In this document: in pieces, positions 31,590 to 42,900 of the stretch
How positions within the stretch are numbered: position 1 is the stretch's first letter
Layout of the letters: each line of letters starts with the position of its first letter
Assembly: GCA_965225945.1 (NCBI GenBank)
Contig: CBDDBZ010000033.1
Location: 128,001 to 192,000 of the forward strand
Direction: 5' to 3'
DNA: 64,000 nt
From: Alphaproteobacteria bacterium
GTDB taxonomy: Bacteria; Pseudomonadota; Alphaproteobacteria; GCA-2731375
The notes under the pieces: generated by a model
The model's database searches: none
What the model saw: the letters and a program-made list of their open reading frames with translations, nothing else
What the model was told of the DNA's origin: nothing
Made by a program: the position numbers and the translations under genes

Positions 31590-32344
31590 CTTGCCTATCC
31601 GGTTATCACCCACACCCACTATATGTAGTGTGTCTCCTTGGACTGCAGGCAAGGGCCGGCGCAGGCGCATTGAGGAGGCGATCCGGCTAATTCTTGATTG
31701 TTCTGAAAACCGAACCGGAGTTTAATTCACGTCACGTACTTAACATCGGGGGACGGAACGGTGGCGACCAAGGGAAAAACGAAGAAACCCACGGCCAGAC
31801 GGGAAGCTGCTGATGAAACGACATCGTCTGAGCGATTGACGGCACTAGTCGAAGAAAGCGACGCGCTGGCACGAATCGTTGCGAAGAACCCGTCCGCGCC
31901 TGTTAGTCTCCTGCGCGTTTTGAGTCGCAGCGAAGACGAAGCGACACCCAAGAACGTGATCCTCAATCCGTTTACTTCATATGACGTATTGAGCGAACTT
32001 GAAAACCAGTTCACAGAGCTATTTGTGAATAATCCGGCACTCGAATCCTACAATTCAATGAAGCTCTGATTTCCTGGAATATTCCATCGGTGTCGTTCAC
32101 CTCCGATTTCAGATAAATTTCAATGAAGTGACGGTCCTTTATGCAACGTGGCGTTTTGCCAAATCCGACTCAATGATTAGGATTTCCACCACGCTAAAGT
32201 GTCGCCTAAAAGGCGCTACAATGCCGTCCGAGTCCCTGCTCGGCATCGCCGGAGATATCTCCGCTTCGACCTGCACCGAGCTTTACTCAGGAAAATGGGT
32301 GCACACTACATATAGTGGGTGTGGGTGATAACCGGATAGGCAAG
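31590..32344 (+). mobile_element. 755-bp non-autonomous passenger cassette (IS1595/ISSod11-like ends)
   Basis: Perfect 43-bp TIRs CTTGCCTATCCGGTTATCACCCACACCCACTATATGTAGTGTG; 8-bp TSD CCTCGGAC. Confidence 0.95.
31761..32069 (+). CDS. Cassette passenger: 102-aa LRV (leucine-rich repeat variant)-like protein
   Basis: Repeated VAKNPSAP / VILNPFTS / FVNNPAL units; GGGGAC upstream of the GTG start. Confidence 0.7.
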   Translation: MATKGKTKKPTARREAADETTSSERLTALVEESDALARIVAKNPSAPVSLLRVLSRSEDEATPKNVILNPFTSYDVLSELENQFTELFVNNPALESYNSMKL

Positions 32345-32576
32345 CCTCGGACATCGCTCGGCGAGTATTCATGTGGGAACCGTGGGATTACGCTTCGAGT
32401 TCTAGCGCCTTTCAAGCTTGCGCGACCCCCCCCCTCCCCCGGCCCGGCGCCGTGGCGCGGCGAGCCGCCTCGCGCGATCGCGGTTCGGGCCACCCGGCGT
32501 GCCCGAGGGCGCGGCAGCCGTATTTACCTAACCGAAAGGGGGCATGTAGAGTCGAGACCGTTTGGGGGGAGCACGG

Positions 32577-35500
32577 ATGGCGCAGGGAGGTGGCGCTCGC
32601 CGGCCGACGAGGATCGTCGCGGCGGGCTTCAAGGTCACTTCGCGCCGGATGGCGGCGCTCGCGGTCCCGATCGTGCTCACCCTGGCGTGGGCCGCGCCGG
32701 CACAGGAAGTCACCAACGAGATGATCGTCACCAGTGGCGATGCGGTACCGGGGCGAACCGGGGAGACGTTCGGTGGCTTCTCGAGCCCGATCGTGCTGGA
32801 CGACGGCGCTGTCGTCTTCATCGCCAATTGGTCCAACGCGGAATTTTCGAACATCGGCGGCCTGTTCACCATCCCCTCGGGCGGCGCGCTGACGGAGCTG
32901 GCGATACTCGAGCAAAATTTTCCGCTGATAACGAATCTGGACGGCTCTCCGAGCACGTTCAGCTTTCCCATCCCGCGGGCGGTCTTCGCCGTTCGACCGG
33001 ATAATGGAAGCACAATCTTCGACGTGCTCGTCCGCACCGATCGCAGCGACGCCGATTCCCGGGATATACACATCCTCGAGCAGTCCCAAGACGGAACCCG
33101 GCGCATCCTCGACAGCGCTCTCGCGTTCACTGACTTGGTCATCAACGACACGGGCACCTCGCTCTATTTTCGGACCCTTCGCGATCTGGATACCCGAGTC
33201 CTGTTTGGCGAGTTAGTGCTGGGGGGTAGCGTGATCGACCTCGGTGGCGCGATGGGCCTCGGCGGCGCGACGTTCGCCGGCATACGCCCGCTCGCGGTGA
33301 GCACGTCGGGCGACGGCTTCTTCGCCGCCGACCTGTCCGGCGCCGGGGTCGACACGACGAACGACGAATCCTTTTGGCGCACGGTGGCTGGCGTGCCGAC
33401 GCTGATCGTGCGCGAGGGCGAGCCGGCGCCGGGCTTGACGGGCTTCACGCTGACGGCGGTCGACGACATCGACGGCTCGCCCTTCGCCACGCGGCACGAC
33501 GAGGTGCCGGGCATCCGGGCGGACGGCACTTTCGTGTTTTCGGGCACGGCGACGGCGGCCGACGGCAGCGTGGTGCAGGGCATCTGGCGCGGCACGGGCG
33601 CGGGCGATCGCGCGCTGGTCTTCGCGACCTCTTCGGATCCGAGCCGGATCCCGAACGGCGTGGCGACGGGGGCGGAGATCGACGACATCAAGGCGGTGGT
33701 GCTGTCGACCAGCGGGGAGATCTTCTTCACCGCCGGCGCGGCGAGCCTGATCGACGCGCCGGGCCTCTTCGGCCTCGCCGAAAACGGCACCTTGCGGACG
33801 CTCTCCGGCGACAACGTGGCGGCGCTCGCGGGCGCGGGCTTCGTCTTCTCGGACATCACCGACCTCTCGATCAGCGCCGAAGGACGGCTCGCCTTCCTCG
33901 CCGAGCTCACGAACAGCTCGGCGACCTTTGTTCCAGCGCCGAGGGTGACCAGCCTCTGGGCGGTCGACGCGAATGGAAATCTCAGGCTCGTGGTGACAAC
34001 CGGCGAGACGGTCGACGGCATCGAGTTGATCACCTTGATCCGCGATTGGGAAAGCCTGAACTTCTTGGGCGGCGGCGGTGCCACCGATTTCAACGCCGCC
34101 GGGCAGATCGTCTATGTGGCCGGGTTCCGGGGGGGCGGCTTCGACCTCAGCGGCGTGCTCATTCTGGCGGACCTCGGCGATCTTCAGCCGATCACCGACT
34201 TCGTCTGGACCGGCGACTGCGGGAGCAGGAACTGGCATGACCCCTGCGCCGCCGCCAATTGGGTCGATGCGACCGACGAAACCAACATCGCCACGACGCC
34301 GCCCGGCACCGACGCGGCGCAGACCGCCACCATAGTGAACGCGAGGGTCGTCATAGAGGATGAACCGGTCACGCTGCGCTCGATCACCGCGACCGGGTCT
34401 CTCACCGTCCTCACCGCGCTCGCGCTGGAGGCCGATTCGCGGATCGAATCACTCACCTTGGACGGCGATCTAAGGATGAACAGAAGGACCGAAATTTTCG
34501 GACAGAGCACGTGGACCAGTGGCACTATATCCGGAGATTTCGATCCGGATCTCGACCAACAAAGTCGTATACTCGTCAACACTGGCGTGCTCAGGATCGC
34601 CAGAGGTGGCGATCATATACTTCGCACTATGTTGCTCAACGCAGGAACGGTGATTCATGAGGAGAGCGCAACGATTCGCATACAATATGGCGGAAGAATC
34701 GCGAATTATGCAACCTATAGACTCTCCGGAAATTTACGGGACAACGCTCTCCTCATTGGAAACGCTTTTGATAATAGCGGCCACCTTATATTGGAAAGGA
34801 CGACCATAAATCAATCCGGTGCATTCAACACCTTCGGCATCAGATTATTTAACATCATATCTGACGTAACGGTATCTGACGTAACGGTAGCCGTAGGTGC
34901 AAATGGACGATTTTCGCTACGAATACAATCACGATCACCCTGGGTGGCGATCGTTTAAATTCCGAACATTTCATAGTTCTCGATGGCGCGAAGCTGCGCT
35001 TGGGTGCGGACTAATGTCATAATCAACGAAATCAGCGGCAGAGCAGCACTGTTTCTACATGGTAGTGGGAGGCTGATTAATCTTGTTGACGCCATGTCAG
35101 CGTCCAGGCAGAGAGATTTGACTGTAGACGGTGTCTTGCATATTTTATCCAATGCAAGCTTCTCAACGGCGGGAGATCTCAGAGTTATTGGTAGTGGTAA
35201 TTTGGAGGTAAGCGGTGGAAGCCATCTTCGAGTGAACGGAGATCTTCTCAGTTCAGCCCCACGAGGGATTGCTAGGGCTATCAGTATATTGACTGGATCT
35301 ACGATTACCGTGACTGGGGATTTAGTTATTGGGGCGGGAAACAGTGCGTCCCTCACTAACCTTGATCCCGATACGAACGCGCCGATTCCCGGTCCTGTTC
35401 CGACCTCCCGGGTATTGGGAAACGTCTTCAATTCGGGGGCCCTCACTCTCCAGAGGCACCGCCTGGACGTTTCGACGGGCCGAGTGGAGAATTCAGGGAG

Positions 35501-37196
35501 GCTCATCGTCGACGGCACCTTGGATGCGCGCACGGTCATCAATAATGCCATTCTGGGCCCGGGCACGTCTGCCGGCATCGCGACCCTGGGCGGCGACTAC
35601 GAGCAAACGTCCGAAGGCAACCTCGAGATCGAGCTCGGCGGCACCACCGCCGGCACCGAGCACGACCAGCTCATCGTCGGCGGCACGGCGAGTTTCGAGG
35701 CCGGCACCACGGTCACCGTGGTGCTGATCGATCCCGCCGACGACGCGGGCGCCAACGTCTTCAGTCCCGCCAACGGCGATACCTTCGACATCGTGCTCGC
35801 CGACGCGATCACCGTGCCCGACCCGGACGATCTCTCCGCCCTGCTGGATTTCTCCGGCTTGCCGATGGACGTCTCCTTCGATGCCGCGCTCTTTACCATC
35901 GACGGCCAGGACATCTTCCGCTTGCAGGCGCTCGTCGCCGCGCTGTTAACGGCGACCCCCGGCCTTTCCGCCGCCGAGACGGCGGTGGGCGCCTCGCTGG
36001 AGGCGGCCGCCGCGGCGGGCGGCTCGGCCGACGTGGTGGCGTTGGCCGACGAGCTGGCGGCGCTGGAGTCCGACGCGGCCAGGGCCGAGGCGCTGGCGGA
36101 GGCCGGCCCCAATGCCGTCACCGCGCTCTACGATGCCGGCCGGCTCGGCGCCGCGCGGGCGGCCGGCCATCTCGGGCGCCATCTCGATGCCGCGATCTGG
36201 AACCCGAGCGCCGCGCGGCCGACCGCCTCGGCGGCCGCTTCCACGCCGACGCCCGCCTTCCAGCCGACCCTGGTGCGCGAGCAACGCGATCTCCTGGCCC
36301 TCGCCCGGGGCCTGACCTCGGGCTCGGCGAGCGGCGAGGCGACGCTGTTCTCCGAGGGCGCGATCGAGGCCTTCATCACCGCGACGGGCGAATTCGGCGA
36401 CGTCGCCGCCTCGGCCAACCAGTCCGGCTACGACTTCAGCGGCGGCGCGCTGACCACCGGCGTCGAGGTCCGCATCAACGATGCGATCAGCCTGGGCCTG
36501 GCCGGGACCTACGGCGCCCTCGATGCCGACATCGACGGCGGGCGCGGCGCCACGGATAGCGACTTCTACGGCGTCTCGGGCTATGCGCAGGCGCGCATCG
36601 CGCGGGACTATTTCCTCGATGCCACGATCAGCCACACCTGGTCGGACCACGACACCACGCGGCGCTTCACCGCGGGCGGCGCCGCGGTGGTGGCCAGGGG
36701 CAATACCGACGGCACCGCGTGGTCGGCGGTGGTGCGGGGTGCCGCGCGCTTCCCCGTGGGCGCGGGCTTCGTCGGCCCGGTCGCGAGGCTCGAATACGCC
36801 GACGTCAGCATCGACGGCTACACCGAGACGGGCGCCGGCGGGCTCTCGCTCACCGTCGGCAACGAGAGCGCGCAATGGTTCGCCGGCAGCCTCGGGGTCC
36901 GGGGCGCGGTGCCGATCGAGACACGCCTTGGCCGGGTGACGCCGAGCGGCGGGATCGCCCTGGTGCACGCCTTCGAGAACGAGGCGCCCTCGCTCACCGC
37001 CAGCTTCACCGGCGCGCCCGGGACCCCCTTCACGGTCCCGACCGACGACACCGACGACACTTATCTCGAGCTCGACCTGGGCCTCAGCCTCGACTTCGGC
37101 GCGGACGCCCGCCTCTCGCTCGGCTACCGGGGCACGCTCGCCAACGACGACGTCGAACGCCACGCGCTCACCGCCAGCCTGCGCCTGCGCTTTTGA
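32577..37196 (+). pseudogene. Large autotransporter adhesin-like protein, frameshifted
   Basis: Signal peptide, repeats of the NxxGxxAF type, C-terminal barrel ending ASLRLRF; frame breaks near 34920 and 35010. Confidence 0.8.
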
Positions 37197-37205
37197 GAAC
37201 CATCG

Positions 37206-37721
37206 ATGCGCCGTGTCCTCGCGATAACAACGGTCTTTACGCTTGCGCTCGCCGGCTCGGCCGGCCTGGCGCAATCGCCCAAGGTCGGCGAACGCTTCGG
37301 CGACTGGGTCTTCACCTGCAAGGCGCTATCCTCGAAAGAAACCGTGTGCGCCCTGACGCAGACGGTGACCGTCAAGGCCCAGCAGGGACGCGGTCGGATA
37401 TTGACGCTGCTTTTGCGCCGGCTCGAAGACGAGAAGACGAAGCAGCGCAAGATCATCCTCGTCGCATTGCTGCCGCTCGGCATCTACCTGCCCCCCGGCG
37501 TGGCGGCCCGGATCGACCAGGGAGCGCAGTTCCCCCTACAGCTCAGGACCTGCACCCAGACCGGGTGCGAGGCGGCAACGGAGCTGGCCGACAAGACGCT
37601 GGAAGCGTTCAAGGCGGGAAACCAGCTTTTCATCGGCTTCAAAACCGCCGCGAAAGGCAAGGTCTTCACGATCCCCGCCTCGCTCAAGGGTGTCACCAAG
37701 GGTCTCGCCGCGCTGCCGTGA
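37206..37721 (+). CDS. Invasion associated locus B (IalB) family protein
   Basis: Signal peptide, FGDWVFTC, LPLGIYLPPG, CTQTGC, SLKGVTKGL. Confidence 0.85.
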   Translation: MRRVLAITTVFTLALAGSAGLAQSPKVGERFGDWVFTCKALSSKETVCALTQTVTVKAQQGRGRILTLLLRRLEDEKTKQRKIILVALLPLGIYLPPGVAARIDQGAQFPLQLRTCTQTGCEAATELADKTLEAFKAGNQLFIGFKTAAKGKVFTIPASLKGVTKGLAALP

Positions 37722-37899
37722 ACGCCTGCTCCGCGACATCCGCGACGATTATTCCCAGGGCAACCGCGTGAAGTGATGGACACGGCCTCGAACCTGCGCC
37801 AACCGCCGCGAATGGGCCATTGAGGCCCCGCGAGCCCATGCGAGCAGCGCCCGAGCGCCCGATTGGGCGCGCCCGGCGTCTGAGGGAACAAGAAGAATC

Positions 37900-37950
37900 C
37901 AGGGCAATCGCGTTCACGCGATTGCCCTGCGATTTTTCGCTTGATTTTTT
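37900..37950 (+). terminator. Probable intrinsic terminator
   Basis: CAGGGCAATCGCG-ttca-CGCGATTGCCCTG followed by T-rich tracts. Confidence 0.6.
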
Positions 37951-38006
37951 GTTGCAGCGCACCAAATAATGCCGGCGTCGAACATTGCCTTTGAAGAGTC
38001 GGTACC

Positions 38007-38198
38007 ATGGAAGAGAATCGGACCGGCCGGGGGTGCCGGTGGCCGATATGGCCGCACGCGTCCCGGCCCACACACGAATATTGCTGCGCCCGCAAGGCGC
38101 CGGGTTCGTCCTATTGCGCGCAACACCGGACCATGTCGATCCGCGACTTCGAGACCGAACCGCGCCAACCCTTCGTGCCGAACAAGCAGGCGGCCTGA
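38007..38198 (+). CDS. Mini GcrA-like protein (Cys/His C-terminal domain only)
   Basis: CRWPIW...EYCCAR...GSSYCAQH resembles GcrA CRWPIG..FCG..GxPYCxxH. Confidence 0.65.
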   Translation: MEENRTGRGCRWPIWPHASRPTHEYCCARKAPGSSYCAQHRTMSIRDFETEPRQPFVPNKQAA

Positions 38199-38382
38199 GC
38201 CGCCGACCAGCGACTTTTCGGGCCCGGCCCCGCGCGCACCGCGCCGGGGCCGGTTCCTCGTTCGCGCGCGCCGTTGTCGCGCGGGGTCTTCCCAACTTCG
38301 CATTCGCTGGCGCCCCGGGCGGCGCGCGGGCTATAAACGGGCCGTCGAACAGGGGGGCGCGGCCGGACCGCCCGAGCACCGA

Positions 38383-39633
38383 ATGGCCAAGTATTCGATT
38401 CTTTCGCTGGCGCGAAACGCGGCCCGCCAACACGCCGATTGGCGCGAGGCTTGGCGTAGCCCCGAGCCCAGGCCAAATTACGACGTGGTGATCATCGGCG
38501 GCGGCGGCCACGGCCTCGCCACCGCCTATTACCTCGCCAAGGAGCATGGCATTACCGACGTCGCGGTGCTGGAGAAGGGCTGGATCGGCGGCGGCAACAC
38601 CGGGCGCAACACCACGATCATCCGTTCCAACTATCTGGAGGACGCGAGCAGCCACTTCTACGACCACGCGGTGAAGCTCTGGGAGGGCTTGAGCCGGGAA
38701 CTCAACTTCAACGTCATGTTCAGCCAACGCGGCGTGCTGAACCTCGCCCACTCCGTGGCCGACGTGCGCGAGCTTCGCCGCCGGGTCCATGCCAACCAGT
38801 TGAACGGCGTCGATGCGGAGTGGCTGGGGCGGGACCAGGTTCGGGCCTTCTGCCCGGTCCTGAACAGCGACCCCGAGGCGCGCTATCCGGTGCTGGGGGC
38901 GAGCCTGCAGCGGCGCGGCGGCGTCGCCCGGCACGACGCCGTGGCCTGGGGCTACGCGCGGGGCGCCGATGCCCGAGGCGTCGACATCATCCAGAACTGC
39001 GAGGTCACCGGCTTGATCATTCGGGGTGGCGAGGTCAGGGGCGTCGAGACCACGCGGGGCGAGGTCCGCGCGCCCAAGATCGGCGTCGTCACCGCCGGGC
39101 ACTCGAGCGTGATGGCCGCCATGGCCAACTTCCGCCTGCCGATCGAGAGCCACCCGCTGCAAGCCCTGGTCTCGGAGCCGATCAAGCCGATCCTCGATTG
39201 CGTGGTGATGTCGAACGCGGTGCACGTCTACGTCAGCCAGTCCGACAAGGGCGAGCTGGTGATCGGCGCCGGCGCCGACCGCTACACCTCCTACGCCCAG
39301 CGCGGCAGCTTCGCGATCATCGAGGAGATGGTCCGCGCGCTGGTCGAACTGTTCCCCTTCACCAGCCGGCTGGCGATGCTCAGGAGCTGGGGCGGCATCG
39401 TCGACATCTGCCCCGACGCCAGCCCGATCATCGCCAAGACGCCGGTTCGGGGGCTCTACTTCAATGGCGGCTGGGGCACCGGCGGCTTCAAGGCGACGCC
39501 GAGCTCCGGCTGGGTCTTCGCCCACACCATCGCGCGCGACGAGCCGCATTCGCTGAACGCCGCCTTCACCATCGAGCGGTTCTCCAGCGGCGCGCTGGTG
39601 GCCGAGCACGGCGCCGCCGCCGTGGCGCATTGA
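38383..39633 (+). CDS. soxB: Sarcosine oxidase subunit beta
   Basis: [43 protein letters not shown]. Confidence 0.96.
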   Translation: MAKYSILSLARNAARQHADWREAWRSPEPRPNYDVVIIGGGGHGLATAYYLAKEHGITDVAVLEKGWIGGGNTGRNTTIIRSNYLEDASSHFYDHAVKLWEGLSRELNFNVMFSQRGVLNLAHSVADVRELRRRVHANQLNGVDAEWLGRDQVRAFCPVLNSDPEARYPVLGASLQRRGGVARHDAVAWGYARGADARGVDIIQNCEVTGLIIRGGEVRGVETTRGEVRAPKIGVVTAGHSSVMAAMANFRLPIESHPLQALVSEPIKPILDCVVMSNAVHVYVSQSDKGELVIGAGADRYTSYAQRGSFAIIEEMVRALVELFPFTSRLAMLRSWGGIVDICPDASPIIAKTPVRGLYFNGGWGTGGFKATPSSGWVFAHTIARDEPHSLNAAFTIERFSSGALVAEHGAAAVAH

Positions 39634-39644
39634 GGGCCGCGGCC

Positions 39645-39926
39645 ATGCTGCTGATCGCCTGTCCCTGGTGCGGCGCCCGCGAGGAGCACGAGTTCACCTG
39701 CGGCGGCGAGGCGCACCTCGCGCGGCCCTTGGAGCCGGAGAGGCTCGACGACGCGGCCTGGGCCGACTACGTCTTCATGCGCACCAACCCCAAGGGCGTG
39801 CACTACGAGCGCTGGTGCCACCTCGAGGGCTGCCGACGCTGGTTCAACCTCGCCCGCCACACGGTGAGCCACGACATCCTCGCCGTCTATCGGCTAGACG
39901 AGCCGAAGCCGGAGGTCGAGGGGTGA
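39645..39926 (+). CDS. soxD: Sarcosine oxidase subunit delta
   Basis: MLLIACPWCGAR, NPKGVHYERWCH, GCRRWFN. Confidence 0.95.
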   Translation: MLLIACPWCGAREEHEFTCGGEAHLARPLEPERLDDAAWADYVFMRTNPKGVHYERWCHLEGCRRWFNLARHTVSHDILAVYRLDEPKPEVEG

Positions 39927-42900
39927 GCGGCCGACTGGCGAAAGGCGGGCGAATCGATCGCGAGCAGAGCCTGCGCTTCCGCTTCGACGAGCGGGAATAC
40001 CTCGGCCATCCCGGCGACACCCTGGCCTCCGCGCTGCTGGCCAACGACGTCGGCCTCCTCGCCCGCAGTTTCAAGTATCACCGCCCGCGCGGCCTCCTCA
40101 GCGCGGGCGCCGAGGAGCCGAACGCGCTGGTCCGCTTGCGGACCGGCCGCGCGGGCGAGCCCAACGTCAGGGCCACGGTGGTCGAGCTCTATGACGGCCT
40201 GGTCGCGGAAAGCCAGAACCGCTGGCCGACGCTTCGTTTCGATGTCGGCGAGATCAACTCGGCTCTGGCGCCGCTCATTCCCGCCGGCTTCTATTACAAG
40301 ACCTTCATGTGGCCGGCGCGGTTCTGGAAGCTTTACGAATATGTCATCCGCCGCTTCGCCGGGCACGGCCGGGCGCCGGAGCCGGGCGACCCCGACCTCT
40401 ACGAGCACCGCCATGCCCATTGCGACGTTTTGGTGGTCGGCGGCGGGCCGGCGGGCCTGGCGGCGGCCCGGCGCGCGGCGCGGGCCGGCGCCCGGGTGAT
40501 CGTGGTGGACGAGCAGGCCGAATTTGGCGGCAGCCTGTTGGGCGACGGGCAGGAAATCGACGGCGCGTCCGGCCTCGAGTGGGTGGCGGGCGCGGTGCGC
40601 GATATCGAGAGCTCAGGCGACGGTGTGGCACTCCGCCGCACGACCGCGATCGGCTATCACGACCACAACTATCTGACCCTGATCGAGCGGCTGGGCGACC
40701 ACCGGCCCCGGCCCGATCCGGGCCAGCCCCGCCGGCGGCTCTGGAAGCTGCGGGCAGCCCAAGTGGTGCTGGCGAGCGGCGCGATCGAGCGCCCGCTGGT
40801 CTTCGCCGACAACGACCGGCCCGGCGTGATGCTGGCGAGCGCGGCCCAGCGCTACCTCAACCGTCATGGCGTGAAGGCGGGCGAGCGCGTGGTCGTCGCC
40901 ACCAACAGCGATTCCGCCTATTCGGTCGCGCTCCAGCTTCGAGACGCCGGCATCGAGGTGCCGGCGCTGGTCGAGCTGCGCGAGGAAGCGCCACCGGCGC
41001 TCGCCGAAGGGCTCGCCCGCGCCGGTATCGAGCTCAGGCTCGGCCAGGCCGTGGTCGGCATTCGCGGGCTGCGCCGGGTGAAGGCGGCGTACGTGATGCG
41101 GCTCGACGCCGAAGGCCGCCGCGCGACGGGCGAGGTGGGGCGGATCGAGTGCGACCTGGTCGCGATGTCGGGCGGCTGGAATCCGACGGTGCACCTGTTC
41201 TCGCAGTCGGGCGGGCGGCTGGTCTTCGACCCGATCCTGGGCGCCTTCCTGCCGGGCCAAGGCGCTTCTGCGGTGGCCGTGGTCGGCGCGGCGGCCGGCG
41301 AATATGAGCTCGGCGCCTGCCTGGCCCGAGGCGACGCGGCCGGGCTCGCCGCGCTCGAGGCCGCCGGGATCGCCCGCAAGGGACGCAAGCCCAAGGCGCC
41401 GAGGGTCGAAGCGCCGGGCGAGCCCATGGCGCCCCGGAACCTCTGGCTGATCCCGACCCGGCCGGGCAAGGAAGGAAGCGCGAAACGCTTCGTCGACCTG
41501 CAGAACGACGTCACCGCCGCGGATCTCGAGCTCAGCGTTCGGGAGGGCTATCGCTCAATCGAGCACGTCAAACGCTACACCACTACCGGCATGGGGACGG
41601 ACCAGGGCAAGACCTCCAACGTCAACGCGCTGGCGATCGTCGCCCAGACCTTGGGCGAGGCGGTCTCCGCCGTCGGCACCACCACCTTCCGCCCGCCCTA
41701 TACGCCGGCGACCTTCGGCGCCATCGCCGGGCGCCACACCGGGGGCATGCTCGATCCCGTCCGCCGCACGGCCATGCAGGACTGGCACGAGGCGCGCGGC
41801 GCCGTCTTCGAGCCGGTGGGGCAATGGCTCCGGCCGCGCTACTATCCGGCTGGCGACGAGGACATGGACGCCGCCGTCGAGCGCGAGGTGAAGGCGACGC
41901 GGACCAGCCTCGGCTTGCTCGACGCCTCCACCCTCGGCAAGATCGACATCCAGGGGCCGGACTCAGGCGAGTTGCTCGAGCGGATCTACACCAACGGCTG
42001 GAAAGGTCTCGGGCTCGGGCGCTGCCGTTACGGCCTGATGCTGCGCGAGGACGCCATGGTCTTCGACGACGGCGTCACAGCCCGGCTAGGCGAGAGCCAT
42101 TTCCACATGACTACCACCTCCGGCAACGCCGTGACGGTGCTGGCCTGGCTGGAGAGCTGGCTGCAGACCGAATGGCCGGAGCTCCGGGTCTATTGCACCT
42201 CGGTAACCGAGCAGTGGGCGGTGGCCAGCCTCTCCGGCCCCCGGGCGCGGGACTTGCTCGGGACGCTCGGCGGCGATATCGATTTCTCGGCCGAGGCCTT
42301 CCCGTTCATGACCTGGCGCGAGGGCAGGCTCGCGGGGCTCCCCGCCCGCGTCTTCCGGGTCTCCTTCACCGGCGAATTATCTTACGAGATCAACGTCGAG
42401 GCGAGCCTGGGCTCGGCGCTCTGGGAGCTGCTGATGCGGGCCGGCGCGCCTTGGGCCATCACGCCGTTCGGGACCGAGGCGATGCACGTGCTCCGGGCCG
42501 AGGTCGGCTTCCCCATCGTCGGCCAGGAGACCGATGGCACGGTGACGCCGATCGATTTGGGGCTGGAAGCGATGGTGAGCGGGGCCAAGGACTTCATCGG
42601 CAAGCGCTCGCTCGCGCGGCCCGACACAGGCCGCGCCGATCGCCGCCGGCTCGTCGGGATCCAGTCGGAGGATCCGAGGCTCGTCGTGCCGGAGGGCGCC
42701 CAGATCGTCGCGCGGCCGGGGCTGCGCCCGCCGGTGGCGATGATCGGCCACGTCACCTCCAGCTACTTCAGCCCCAACCTCGGCCACGCCTTCGCCCTGG
42801 CCCTGGTGGCGCGCGGGGCCGAGCGGCACGGCGAGATGGTGGAGCTCGCCTGGGACGGTCGCAGCGCGCCGGCCCACATCCGCGCGCCCAGGTTCTTCGA

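Larger units (their letters stand above)
30127..32405 (+). pseudogene. Autotransporter beta-barrel protein with short passenger; frameshifted and cassette-interrupted
   Basis: Barrel motifs GLDYRITD and IDGFTESGARGLNL; frameshift near 30940; last strand LGHRSASIHVGTVGLRFEF* lies beyond the insertion. Confidence 0.85.

Noticed and set aside
32128-32328. 66-aa ORF in the cassette as a second passenger gene
   Set aside because: No recognisable motif or clear RBS and it runs into the TIR; it recurs only because the cassette is repeated
37722-38382. Glycine riboswitch upstream of soxB
   Set aside because: No tandem GGAGA...CCGAAG...CTCTCAGG aptamer motifs seen
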